In this document: positions 9,216 through 20,968 of the stretch, piece by piece
How positions within the stretch are numbered: position 1 is the first letter of the stretch
Layout of the letters: each line of letters starts with the position of its first letter
Assembly (NCBI GenBank): GCA_963822945.1
Contig: CAWGJO010000022.1
Coordinates: 1-64,000, forward strand
Direction of reading: 5' to 3'
DNA from: an uncultured Gemmatimonadaceae bacterium
GTDB lineage: Bacteria > Gemmatimonadota > Gemmatimonadetes > Gemmatimonadales > Gemmatimonadaceae
Length of the DNA: 64,000 nt
Made by a program: the position numbers and the translations under genes
Notes under the pieces: model-generated
The model's database searches: none
Told to the model about the DNA's origin: nothing
Seen by the model: the letters and a program-made list of their open reading frames with translations, nothing else

Positions 9216-10108
9216 CGGATGCGCACCCCGATGCGATGCGCGCCGTGCCGGTGATAGCGGGACTCGAATGCATAGTCCAGCGAGAGCCGGTCGGCCGTGA
9301 CGCCGAACCCGACGGTCCAGGGTCCCTCACCCTCTGCCGCCCGCCGCACGCCGGCCCGCGCGGCCACCGCGTAGCCGTCCAGCCAGCTGTACGAGACTTC
9401 GCCGCCCCCTCCGGCCACGAAGTCCCGCCCGCGCAGCAGCGACGTCGTGGCGGCCGCCATCACATCGAACGGCCCGACGAGATAGCGGCCCGTGGTGAAC
9501 CCGAGACTGGTCCGCGTCGGCTGGCTCACCGGCCCGTAGTAGCTCCGGAACGCGGGGCCGAAGTTCTGCACGCTCAGGCCGAGCGTCCCGCGCCACAGGT
9601 CGCGCGCGAGCCCGAAGTCCAGTGAACCGCGGCTGTCGCGCGTCGATCCGATGGACTGCTCCATCAATTTGGCGTTGACGCCGGCGCGCATGCCGAACAG
9701 CGGTTGCGCGTACCCGAGGGCGAAGATCAACCCCGACGAGGGGAACGTGCCCGACGTGCCGAGCGCGTCGGGGGTGGCGTAGGCGAATCCGGGGTTGGAG
9801 AAGGTGAGCGACTGCACGCCCACCCCCAACGCGCCGGGCCCGATGTCGACGACGGTGGAGAGGGTGACCAGCAGATTGGCGCCTGTGTAGAACTCCGCCG
9901 AGGCGCCCGTGCCGCGGGCCACCGCGAGTTGCGCGGGATTGTAGAAGATCACGTCGCTCTCCCGGCCGCCGGCATCCGCGTTCGCCATGGCGAGCGCGCG
10001 TGTGCTGCCCGGCAGCCGTGCAACGAGTGGCGCCAGTGGAAACTCCTGTGCTCCGACCGTCGCCGCGCCGCTGAGCATCAGCACGGTGGCCAGCCATCGA
10101 GCGTGCAT
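9212..10108 (-). CDS. PorV/PorQ (FadL-like) outer-membrane beta-barrel family protein
   Basis: Signal peptide, then STRALAMANA...DVIFYNPAQL; amphipathic strands; LSLDYAF...HRIGVRIR C-terminus; 4-nt overlap with the next gene. Confidence 0.6.
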   Translation of the reverse strand: MHARWLATVLMLSGAATVGAQEFPLAPLVARLPGSTRALAMANADAGGRESDVIFYNPAQLAVARGTGASAEFYTGANLLVTLSTVVDIGPGALGVGVQSLTFSNPGFAYATPDALGTSGTFPSSGLIFALGYAQPLFGMRAGVNAKLMEQSIGSTRDSRGSLDFGLARDLWRGTLGLSVQNFGPAFRSYYGPVSQPTRTSLGFTTGRYLVGPFDVMAAATTSLLRGRDFVAGGGGEVSYSWLDGYAVAARAGVRRAAEGEGPWTVGFGVTADRLSLDYAFESRYHRHGAHRIGVRIR

Positions 10109-10264
10109 GGACACTTCGACCTCCATCGAAGGAGCGCCGGCATGTTACTGCCGGGCCCGGGGGCGCGGAAGGCCACAGTGTCGGCGGGCCCGGCCGCGTG
10201 GCCGTGCGATTGCCGGCCGCCGCCGCGACGTGACCCGCGGGTATCCCCACCTGTCCTTCCTGAA

Positions 10265-12052
10265 ATGAGCACCGCCATGATCTGCCCTCGATGCGGCACC
10301 GAATACGGCCCGGAGCAGCGGTTCTGCCCCACCGACGGCAGCCCGCTGCGCGCCCGGTCGCCCCACGATCCGTTGATCGGCCAGGTGATTGCCGACCGCT
10401 ACCGTGTCACCGGCCTCATCGGCGAGGGCGGCATGGGGCGGGTGTACTCGGCCGAGCACGTGCGCATGGGTCGCCGGAGCGCGCTCAAGGTCATGAGCCC
10501 GGCGCTCGCCTCGACCGCCGACGCGATCACGCGTTTCAACCGCGAGGCCTCCAACGCCAGCCGCATCAATCACCCGAACGTGGCGGCCATCTACGACTTT
10601 GGTGAGACGCCCGACGGGCTGCTCTACATCGCGATGGAGTTCGTGGAGGGCGAGACCCTGCGGGCGCTCATCGAGCGGACGGGCCCGCTGCCCATCGCCC
10701 GCGCCGCGCAGATCACCAGGGGGGCGGCCGATGCCCTCCATGCGGCCCACCACCTCGGGATCATCCACCGCGATCTCAAGCCCGACAACATCATGCTCGC
10801 TCGGCAACTCGACGGCGCCGACTGGGTGAAGGTCGTGGACTTCGGGATCGCCAAGTCGGTGGCGCGCCCGGGTGAGGGCGGCGGCGGGCAGACCGTCACC
10901 ACGGCCGGCGTCTCGCTCGGCACACCCGAGTACATGAGTCCCGAGCAACTGGCGGGCGAGGCGCTCGACGCGCGCACGGACATCTATTCGCTGGGGCTGG
11001 TGCTGTTCAACATGCTCACCGGCCAGTTGCCGTATCCCAAGCTGACGTCCAAGGAAACCCTCGTGCGCCGGCTGACCTCGCCACCGGCCACGTTGGCCGA
11101 CGTCCGCCCCGATATGAACTGGCCGGCCCCGGTGCAGGCGGTGCTGAGCCGAGCCCTCGATCCGGAGCCCGAGCGGCGCTACGCCAGCGTGGCCGATCTC
11201 GGGCGCGCCATCACGGCGGCCGCGGGGTCGACGGCCGAGGCTGATCCCGACGCCACGCTGCGTGTGCCCGCAGTCGGCCGTGCGGCGCCTGCGCTCGCCG
11301 CCACCTCCGCGCACCGGCCGCCGCCGGCGGTCGCCCGGGCACCCACTCGCAAGCTGCCTGCCGATCCCCCGCCGGCGCGGGGCGCCTCGCGCACGCTGGG
11401 AGCGGCGGCGGTGCTCCTGGTCGTGGTCGCCGCCAGCTACTTCGCCTTGCATGCCACGCGCCGCGCCGGCGCGGCGACGGCGGGTGGCGGGGCGGTGGCC
11501 GACTCCGCGCCGGCCGCGCGAGACTCGTTGGCGGCAAGCACCGCCGCGACGCCCCCCGCACACGATTCGACGCCGGCGACTGCCGACTCGATGCGTCTCG
11601 CCGCCAACCCACCGGTCGTTCGCCCCCGACTGTCGAAGTCGACGCCGGCGCCTGCCACCCCGCACCCCGCGGCCTCCATGGCGAGCGCCGCGCCCGTCGA
11701 ACCCCGTCCCGCCGTCACGAGCACTGTGCCGGACACCATCGCGGCCGTGCTACAGGAGATTCGCGGTCATCTGGAGCGCGGGGGCCAGGCGGTTGCCGGC
11801 GGACGGACGCTGGCGGCGAATCGCGAGTTGCGCACGGCGCAGGCCGAAATTCGGAGCCTGCGCGAGCAGTTTCCCGGTGGAAGCATGCCGCCTGCGCTCG
11901 AGCGTCAACTCCGGGATCTGGGCGCGCAGTCCGTGCGCGCCTGCTATACGGCGGCGGCGGGGGAACCGCGGGCCGCCCAGCGGTGCCGCCTGCTCCAGCA
12001 GCGAGAAACCCGCGCCGCGCGGGGGCGCGGCGCCCGTCCCCCCGTCGAGTGA
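10265..12052 (+). CDS. Hanks-type Ser/Thr protein kinase with N-terminal zinc ribbon, one TM and a Pro/Ala-rich external tail
   Basis: CPRC...CPTD, IGEGGMGRVY, ALK, HRDLKPDN, DFG, GTPEYMSPEQ, DIYSLG. Confidence 0.92.
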   Translation: MSTAMICPRCGTEYGPEQRFCPTDGSPLRARSPHDPLIGQVIADRYRVTGLIGEGGMGRVYSAEHVRMGRRSALKVMSPALASTADAITRFNREASNASRINHPNVAAIYDFGETPDGLLYIAMEFVEGETLRALIERTGPLPIARAAQITRGAADALHAAHHLGIIHRDLKPDNIMLARQLDGADWVKVVDFGIAKSVARPGEGGGGQTVTTAGVSLGTPEYMSPEQLAGEALDARTDIYSLGLVLFNMLTGQLPYPKLTSKETLVRRLTSPPATLADVRPDMNWPAPVQAVLSRALDPEPERRYASVADLGRAITAAAGSTAEADPDATLRVPAVGRAAPALAATSAHRPPPAVARAPTRKLPADPPPARGASRTLGAAAVLLVVVAASYFALHATRRAGAATAGGGAVADSAPAARDSLAASTAATPPAHDSTPATADSMRLAANPPVVRPRLSKSTPAPATPHPAASMASAAPVEPRPAVTSTVPDTIAAVLQEIRGHLERGGQAVAGGRTLAANRELRTAQAEIRSLREQFPGGSMPPALERQLRDLGAQSVRACYTAAAGEPRAAQRCRLLQQRETRAARGRGARPPVE

Positions 12053-12061
12053 TCGCCCTCT

Positions 12062-12166
12062 TCAGCCGTAGAGCAGCCAGAGAATGATCGCCATCTCGAT
12101 GGTGGCGGCAATGATGCCGAAGATCAGATACGGTTTGAGACCACGTTCTTTCGGGCGTTGGGGCAT
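12062..12166 (-). CDS. Putative 34-aa single-pass small membrane protein
   Basis: MPQRPKERGLKPYLIFGIIAATIEMAIILWLLYG: basic N-terminus plus hydrophobic helix; fills the intergenic gap. Confidence 0.55.
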   Translation of the reverse strand: MPQRPKERGLKPYLIFGIIAATIEMAIILWLLYG

Positions 12167-12187
12167 GTTCAAAGATATATTCGCACC

Positions 12188-14407
<2,220 letters not shown>

Positions 14408-14597
14408 GGAACGGGGCCTATCGTGTTGCCATGACGCGGCTTACGCGTCTGTAATACGCGTCACATTCGCGGCCCGTTGCGTGAGCTATCTATGGGCGCA
14501 CAGATTGCGCCTACGCTCGGGGCCGGGCAGCCTCGTTCAGGCATGATCGTCGCGGGCGGATTCGACGCGGATTCCGCGCAGGGAGAGGCATACACGG

Positions 14598-16751
14598 ATG
14601 CACTGGCTTGAAGCCGCAGCAACGCGTGCAGGGTTGGCGGGGGCTTCCTCGCTCACCATTCCGAGCGACGTCACCAACGTCGAGGCATGGGAAATTGCCA
14701 CGCGTACCCTCGGCCTGAGTCCGCAGGATCTGGCGGCGCGCATGGCGCCGCAATTCGGCCTCCGCGTGGCCGACTTCGACCAGACCGACCCGCGCGCGCT
14801 CGCCCTGCTTCCCGAACGTCTGGCCCGCCGCTACCACGTCTTTCCCCTGCGGGAGGACGACCGCAACATCTACGTGGCCACGGCCGACCCCAGCGATATC
14901 GAAGTCGAGCATGCCATCGGCTTCGCATCGGGGCGCCGTCCCGTCTTCGAACTCGCGCCGCCCACCCTCATCGAGGATGCGCTGCTGTCCGGCTATTCGG
15001 CCGATCGCCTGGTAGAGAATCTGCTCACCACCGTCGATTCGCAGATTGCCGACGCGGTGCGCGTGGTGGACGAGATGGAGCCCGAGGCCGTCGACCTGTC
15101 GGATATCGAGACGGGTCCGGTGGTCAAGCTCACCAATCTGATTCTCCGCGACGCCGTGATGCACGGCGTGAGCGACGTGCACGTCGAGCCGGGGCCCAAG
15201 GGCGGCACCGTGCGGTTCCGCATCGACGGCGTGATGCGGCAGCACATGCACCTGCCGATGGCGGCGCTCAACCGCGTGGTGTCGCGGATCAAGGTCCTGG
15301 CCCGGATGGATATCGCCAACCGCCTCGTGGCACAGGACGGGCGCGCGAAGGTGTCCATCGAGGGCCGCAACTACGATCTCCGCATCTCGACGGTCCCCAC
15401 GCGGGACGCCGAGAAAGCGGTGATCCGCGTGCTCCGTCCCGAGAGCGCGCGCAAGCTCGAGGAAGTGGGGATCACGCCGCGCGAGCTGGCCCGTCTGCGC
15501 CAGCTGCTCTCCTGCCGCGACGGCATCGTGATCGTCACCGGACCCACCGGCTCCGGCAAGACGACCACGCTCTACTCGGCGATCAAGGAACTCGCCACCG
15601 GGCACGTCAACATCATGACGGTGGAAGACCCGATCGAGTACGAACTGCCGGGCATCACGCAGATCCAGGTGGAAACCAAGCGCGGCGTGACGTTCGCCAG
15701 TTCGCTGCGCGCCATCCTGCGCCAGGACCCCGACGTCATCTTCGTCGGCGAGATCCGCGATCTGGAGACGGCCGAAGTGGCCGCGCAGGCGGCGCTCACG
15801 GGCCACCTGGTGCTGGCCACGCTGCATACCAACGATTCGATGAGCGCGGTCACGCGTCTGGCCGATCTGGGGCTCGACCGTCAGACGATCGCCACCTGTC
15901 TGCGCGGATGTCTGGCGCAGCGTCTGGTGCGCCGCGTCTGCCCGGACTGCGCGCAGCCGCTGCTCGGCACGCTCACCGAGGAAGAGGAGCGCCTGTCCGC
16001 GCAGTTCGGCGTGCTCCCGTTGTCGCGGGCCACGGGCTGCAAGCGGTGCGGCAACACCGGCTACCGGGGGCGCCTGCCGCTCATCGAGGTGGCCATCGTG
16101 ACGCCGAGCATCGCCGACATGATCGCCAGCGGCGGCACGGCGCAGCAGCTCCAGCGCGCGGCCATCGCCGCCGGCATGGCGCCGCTGCGCGACGTGGCCG
16201 TGGCCCGCGTGCGCCGCGGCGAAACGACGCTGCAGGAGATCGAGCGCGTGCTCGGCGATCAGCTCGAGGACGAGTCGGTGTCCGACGGCATGAACCCGGG
16301 CATCCTGATCCTCAATCCGGATCCGGCGTGGCGGCGCATGGCGCGCGCGATGCTCGAAGGCGCGGGGTTCAAGGTCGGCGAGGCCATGGACGGCGACAGC
16401 GCCGTCCGACTGCTCGGCGACGGACGGGAGTTCTCGTTCGTGATCACCGAGGCCTCGCTGCCGGCGCTCACGGCGCCGCGCGGGCCCGAACTGCTGACCG
16501 CGGGTGGCGAGACCGTCACGGATGCCACGATCGAGACGGTGCTCGACATGCCGGTGGCCGGGTCGACCAACGGGCACGCGCCGTACGAGAATGGGCACGG
16601 GAACGGGCACGGAAACGGAAACGGAAACGGGCATGGGAATGGACACGGCGCCGGCACGGGTCATGGAGTGGGGCACCGCGACGCGGGGGCGCCCAACTGG
16701 TCGCGGGCGGCCGGCGCCGTCCAGAACGCCGTACGCCGCGCCCTTCGATAG
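14598..16751 (+). CDS. GspE/PilB family secretion or pilus assembly ATPase with a degenerate C-terminal receiver and a Gly/Asn/His tail
   Basis: LPERLARRYHVFPL N-domain, SDVHVEP, GPTGSGKTTTLY, TVEDPIE, LRQDPDVIFVGEIRD, GHLVLATLHTN, CPDC...CKRC. Confidence 0.92.
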   Translation: MHWLEAAATRAGLAGASSLTIPSDVTNVEAWEIATRTLGLSPQDLAARMAPQFGLRVADFDQTDPRALALLPERLARRYHVFPLREDDRNIYVATADPSDIEVEHAIGFASGRRPVFELAPPTLIEDALLSGYSADRLVENLLTTVDSQIADAVRVVDEMEPEAVDLSDIETGPVVKLTNLILRDAVMHGVSDVHVEPGPKGGTVRFRIDGVMRQHMHLPMAALNRVVSRIKVLARMDIANRLVAQDGRAKVSIEGRNYDLRISTVPTRDAEKAVIRVLRPESARKLEEVGITPRELARLRQLLSCRDGIVIVTGPTGSGKTTTLYSAIKELATGHVNIMTVEDPIEYELPGITQIQVETKRGVTFASSLRAILRQDPDVIFVGEIRDLETAEVAAQAALTGHLVLATLHTNDSMSAVTRLADLGLDRQTIATCLRGCLAQRLVRRVCPDCAQPLLGTLTEEEERLSAQFGVLPLSRATGCKRCGNTGYRGRLPLIEVAIVTPSIADMIASGGTAQQLQRAAIAAGMAPLRDVAVARVRRGETTLQEIERVLGDQLEDESVSDGMNPGILILNPDPAWRRMARAMLEGAGFKVGEAMDGDSAVRLLGDGREFSFVITEASLPALTAPRGPELLTAGGETVTDATIETVLDMPVAGSTNGHAPYENGHGNGHGNGNGNGHGNGHGAGTGHGVGHRDAGAPNWSRAAGAVQNAVRRALR
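16590..16677 (+). repeat. Coding low-complexity repeat NGHGNGHGNGNGNGHGNGHGAGTGHGVGH
   Basis: Degenerate hexamer repeats (ggaaac/gggcac) in the ATPase 3' end. Confidence 0.8.
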
Positions 16752-16823
16752 CGCGCGCGGGTCACGGCCGGGTACGTTTCGACGCCGAACGTGCCGGATT
16801 CAACGGGCTACGTTCGACGCAAA

Positions 16824-17186
16824 ATGGATTCCGAATTCACCGAACGATTCGATGACGAAGCCATTGCTCGCCTCCGGCGGTTCGGAGGCGACGCGCTCCT
16901 GCACGAGATGATCGATCTTCTCTCCGCGGGGGCGCCTGCGCGGTTGGCCGTGGTGCGCGATGCCATCGCCAACGGCGATGCGGAGGCCGTCCGCGGCGTC
17001 CTGCATTCGCTCAAGTCCAGCGCCGGTCAGATGGGCGCGATGGGGGTGCAGGCGATGTGCGAGCGCGCCGAACGCCTGGCCGCGCAGGGCGACGTACGGG
17101 GTGTTGCCGCGCTGCTCCCGGCCCTGGAGGCCGAGACGGATGCGCTGCTGGCGCGGCTGGCCGTCATCCGGCGGGGCAACGCGTGA
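16824..17186 (+). CDS. Hpt (histidine phosphotransfer) domain protein
   Basis: LHSLKSSAGQMGA motif with the conserved His; helical, 120 aa. Confidence 0.88.
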   Translation: MDSEFTERFDDEAIARLRRFGGDALLHEMIDLLSAGAPARLAVVRDAIANGDAEAVRGVLHSLKSSAGQMGAMGVQAMCERAERLAAQGDVRGVAALLPALEAETDALLARLAVIRRGNA

Positions 17187-17557
17187 GGCCTCGCATCGCC
17201 GTAGTGGAGGACAATCCCGACAATCGGCTCCTGCTGCAGGCCATCCTGCGCGATCGCTTTACCGTGCTGGAATACGAGAACGGGGTCGACGCCCTCGGCG
17301 GGTTCGCCGCGGATCCCCCCGACGTCGTGCTGCTCGATATCTCGCTGCCCGGCATGGACGGGCTCGAGATTCTGGCGCGCATCCGCGCCGACACGACGCT
17401 CGCCGGCCTGCCGGTGATCGCGCTGACCGCCCACGCCATGGCCGGCGACCGCGAGAAGTATCTCGCGGCGGGATTCGACGATTACCTCACCAAGCCGATC
17501 GTCGACGAGACGCTGCTCATGCGGGCGATCGAGAAGCAACTGGCGGCCGGCGGCTGA
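17183..17557 (+). CDS. Single-domain response regulator (DivK/CheY-like)
   Basis: GTGA overlap with the Hpt gene; VVEDNPDN, LLDISLPGMDG, ALTAHAMAGDREKYLAAGFDDYLTKP. Confidence 0.9.
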   Translation: MRPRIAVVEDNPDNRLLLQAILRDRFTVLEYENGVDALGGFAADPPDVVLLDISLPGMDGLEILARIRADTTLAGLPVIALTAHAMAGDREKYLAAGFDDYLTKPIVDETLLMRAIEKQLAAGG

Positions 17558-17639
17558 ACACCCGGAGCTCAGCGCTTTTGGTGGACGGTGTGCAGTCGTG
17601 CGTGACTGAGGGCTGAACAGCGCGGACTGCCAACCGTCG

Positions 17640-20282
17640 TCAGTTCTCGCTTCGCAGGGCCACCATGGGAGTGGAGGCGAACACTTCCCGACTGGTCAGG
17701 AGCCCGATGGCCACGGCCAGCAGCGTCATGCCGGCGCTCACGGCCAGCGCGGGCACAACGGCGGGCGTGAAGGGCGTCTGGAAGATGAAGTGCATCAGCG
17801 CCCACGCGCCGCCCACCGAAAGGGCCACGCCCGCCACGCTGCCCAGCGCGCCGAGCAGCGCGTATTCGGCCAGCATGATGCGCCCGATCTGGCGTCGCGT
17901 GCCGCCCAGCGTCTTGAACAGCACGCCTTCCCGCAACCGCTCGCGGCGCGTGGCCGCCACGGCGCTGAACAGGACCGGCACGCCGAGCAGGAGGCTGACG
18001 AGCGCCATGAACCGGATGGCCGTCGTCACGCGGGCGAGGACATCGGCCACGGTGCGCTGGACCAGCGACAGGTCGAGGCTCGAGACGTTGGGGAACTTGA
18101 GCACCACGTCGCGCTGCATGAGCGCGACGTCGCGCGGCGTGGGACCATAGGCCAGGAACACGAACTGCTTGGGCGCGTGCGCCAGAGCCCTGGGCTGGAA
18201 CACCACGAAGAAGTTCGGCTGGAAGCGCGCCCACGCCACTTCGCGGAGACTGGTCACGCGCGTCCGCACGCGCACCCCCTGGACGTCCCACGTGATGGTG
18301 TCGCCCAACTGCACGCCGAGTTCGTCGGCGAGGCCGGCGTCGAGCGAGACCTGCGACATGGTGTCCCGGGCCGCGTCGAACCAGCGTCCGGCCACGAGAT
18401 GCTCCGTGGCGTCGAGCGTGTCGCGGTAGGTGGAGCGATACTGGCGGCGCAGCGCCCAGCGCGAGGGCCGGTGGGGCTGGGCGGCGGCGGCGCCGCCGCG
18501 CCCGCCCGCGCCGCGGGTCGCCGGCTGGGCCGCGGCCGGCCCGGAGTCACCCGCGGTCGACCGGGCGGCGGGCAGGCCGGCCAGGATCTGATCGGGCGTG
18601 CGCCCGTTGATCGACGCAATGCGCATGGGCACGATCGGCACCTGCTGCTCGATGGTGTAGTGGCCGGCGCGGATGATCGAATCCACCCCGGGCGCTTCAT
18701 CCTGCTGGACGTCGAAGAACACCACGTTGGCACGCACCTGATCGAGCCGCAGGTCCAACTGGCCGAGCAGGTTCTTCTGCGCCTGGTAGAGCGTGCTCAC
18801 GAGGAACACGCCGAAGCCCAGCGAGAGGATCACGGAGCGTGTCTGATTGCCGGGCCGGTAGAGGCTGGCGATGCCATGGCGGATGACGAATGGCCAGCGC
18901 GGGCGCACCACGCGCCGCGCGAACGCCGTGAGCAGCACCGCCACCACCCACAGCGCTCCCACGGCGAGCAGAATGGCGACGCTGAAGCCGATGCCGTCGC
19001 GCAGCCGCTCGGAACGTTCGAGCGCGATGGCGAACACGCTGGCCACGATGGCGAACGAGACCACGTAGGTGGCGCTGTCGCGGCGCGCCTGCCGCATCAC
19101 CGTGTCGTCCGACTCCCGGCGCAGCGCCTGGAGCGGCGACACCCCGCGGAGCGCGAGCAGCGGGCGCAACGCGAACACGAGCGCCACCCACACGCCGATG
19201 CCGAGTCCGGTGAGCAACGCCGCGGGCGCCAGCCGCACCGCGACGTTCACCGGCAGAAAATCCTTTACCGCCAGCGGCATCGCGAACTGCAGTCCCACGC
19301 CCAGTAGCGTGCCCGCGGCCGCGCCCACCAGTCCCATGACCGCGGCCTGCAGCACGTAGATCACCAGCACCTGGCCGCTGGTGGCGCCCAGGCACCGCAG
19401 GATCGCCACCGTGTCGATCTTGCGCATCACGAAGGCGTGCACGCCGCTGGCCACGCCGATGCCGCCGAGCAACAGCGCCACCAGCCCCACGACGCTCAGA
19501 AAGTTGCGGAGTTGATCGATGGCATTGCTCAACCGGTACTCGTTCTGCGCCGCCGTGTGCACGCGGACGTCGTTCTTCGAGAGCACCCGGGCCGTGCGTC
19601 CCTCGAACTGCTCCGTGGTCTCGCCGGGCGGCAGCTTGACCAGCGCCTCGTAGTCGGCGCGGCTGCCGAACACCAGCAGGCCCGTCTCGTCGAGGTACCG
19701 GGCCGGGATGTACAGGCGCGGTCCGATAGCGGCGGTGACCGCGATCTCTCCCGGCACGCTGGCCAGCGTGCCCGTGATCTCGAACTGCGCCGTGCCGAGC
19801 GACAGCGAGTCGCCGATGTGCGCGTTGAGCGCCACCAGCAGCGAGGCGTCCACCACCACGTGACGGCCGTGCTGGAGGTCGCCCCACGCGGCGGCGGGGT
19901 CGGTCTCGATCTGCCCGTAGAACGGGTAGTCCGGCGTCACGGCTCGCACCTGCGACAGCCGCGTGAGCCCCGTGCGCGGCGCGAGCGCCATGGACGAGAA
20001 GCTGATCTGCCGCGCGATCGGCGTGCCGTGCGTGGTCAGCGAGTCGAACAGGCTGTCCACCGGCGGTGTGAACTTGGCCCGGCTGGTGAGCGACAGGTCG
20101 CCGCCCAGCAGGGCGCGCGACTGCTCGTGCACCGACTGCGTCACGTTCTGCGCGAAGGAGTCGATGGCGACGAGCGCCGCCACGCCGAGCGTGATCGACG
20201 ACATGTAGAGCAGGAGCCGCCGTCGCGCCGTGCGGCTCTCGCGCCACGCCACCGCCGCGAGGCGGCTGAACGACGCGCTCAC
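17640..20282 (-). CDS. ybbP: ABC transporter permease, YbbP-like (duplicated MacB/FtsX)
   Basis: LLGGDL, AILRCLGAT, FFDVQ, FQPNFFVVF, LFKTLGG; synteny with the ATPase and tesA. Confidence 0.85.
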   Translation of the reverse strand: MSASFSRLAAVAWRESRTARRRLLLYMSSITLGVAALVAIDSFAQNVTQSVHEQSRALLGGDLSLTSRAKFTPPVDSLFDSLTTHGTPIARQISFSSMALAPRTGLTRLSQVRAVTPDYPFYGQIETDPAAAWGDLQHGRHVVVDASLLVALNAHIGDSLSLGTAQFEITGTLASVPGEIAVTAAIGPRLYIPARYLDETGLLVFGSRADYEALVKLPPGETTEQFEGRTARVLSKNDVRVHTAAQNEYRLSNAIDQLRNFLSVVGLVALLLGGIGVASGVHAFVMRKIDTVAILRCLGATSGQVLVIYVLQAAVMGLVGAAAGTLLGVGLQFAMPLAVKDFLPVNVAVRLAPAALLTGLGIGVWVALVFALRPLLALRGVSPLQALRRESDDTVMRQARRDSATYVVSFAIVASVFAIALERSERLRDGIGFSVAILLAVGALWVVAVLLTAFARRVVRPRWPFVIRHGIASLYRPGNQTRSVILSLGFGVFLVSTLYQAQKNLLGQLDLRLDQVRANVVFFDVQQDEAPGVDSIIRAGHYTIEQQVPIVPMRIASINGRTPDQILAGLPAARSTAGDSGPAAAQPATRGAGGRGGAAAAQPHRPSRWALRRQYRSTYRDTLDATEHLVAGRWFDAARDTMSQVSLDAGLADELGVQLGDTITWDVQGVRVRTRVTSLREVAWARFQPNFFVVFQPRALAHAPKQFVFLAYGPTPRDVALMQRDVVLKFPNVSSLDLSLVQRTVADVLARVTTAIRFMALVSLLLGVPVLFSAVAATRRERLREGVLFKTLGGTRRQIGRIMLAEYALLGALGSVAGVALSVGGAWALMHFIFQTPFTPAVVPALAVSAGMTLLAVAIGLLTSREVFASTPMVALRSEN

Positions 20283-20968
20283 CTGGCGGCCGCCCCCGCC
20301 ACGCCGGTGTCCTCGACCACTTCGCCGTCGCTCAGGCGGATGATCCGGCCGGCGCGGGCCGCCAGCGCCGCATCGTGCGTGACGAGCACGATGGTGGCGC
20401 CCGACTCGCGGTTGAGCTGCTCCAGCAACTCCACGATGCGCTGGCCGGTCTCGCTGTCCAGATTGCCCGTCGGCTCGTCGGCAAACAGGATGCGCGGTTC
20501 GTTGGAGAACGCGCGCGCGATGGCGACACGCTGCTGTTCACCTCCCGACAGCTCGGTGGGGAAGTGGTCCAACCGGTCGCCCAGGCCCACGCGCTTCAGC
20601 AGATCGCGCGCGCGGTCGGCGGCATGCGAATCTCCACGCAGTTCCAGGGGTACCTGTACATTCTCGATGGCGGTGAGCGTGGGGATCAATTGAAAGCTCT
20701 GGAACACGAAGCCAACTTTCGCTCCACGCAGACGCGCCCGCTGATCCTCATCCATCGCGCCGAGGTCGGCGTCGTCGAGGAGGACGGTGCCGCGCGACGG
20801 CGTGTCGAGCCCGGCCAGGAGGCCGAGGAGCGTCGTCTTGCCGCTGCCCGAGGGGCCGACGATGGCGACGAAGGCGCCCTGGGGGACGGAGAACGAAACG
20901 TCGCGGAGGACCGTCAACGGGCGATCTCCGACGCGATATTCCTTGGTGAGTTGACGAGCTTCGAGCAT
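20279..20968 (-). CDS. ybbA: ABC transporter ATP-binding protein, YbbA-like
   Basis: GPSGSGKTTLLGLLAGLD, GFVFQSFQL, LSGGEQQRVAIARAF, FADEPTGNLD. Confidence 0.9.
   Translation of the reverse strand: MLEARQLTKEYRVGDRPLTVLRDVSFSVPQGAFVAIVGPSGSGKTTLLGLLAGLDTPSRGTVLLDDADLGAMDEDQRARLRGAKVGFVFQSFQLIPTLTAIENVQVPLELRGDSHAADRARDLLKRVGLGDRLDHFPTELSGGEQQRVAIARAFSNEPRILFADEPTGNLDSETGQRIVELLEQLNRESGATIVLVTHDAALAARAGRIIRLSDGEVVEDTGVAGAAAR

Noticed and set aside
17640..20968. ABC transporter as exporter of the lasso peptide
   Set aside because: It is the widely conserved ybbP-ybbA/tesA unit, not a peptide-exporter type.
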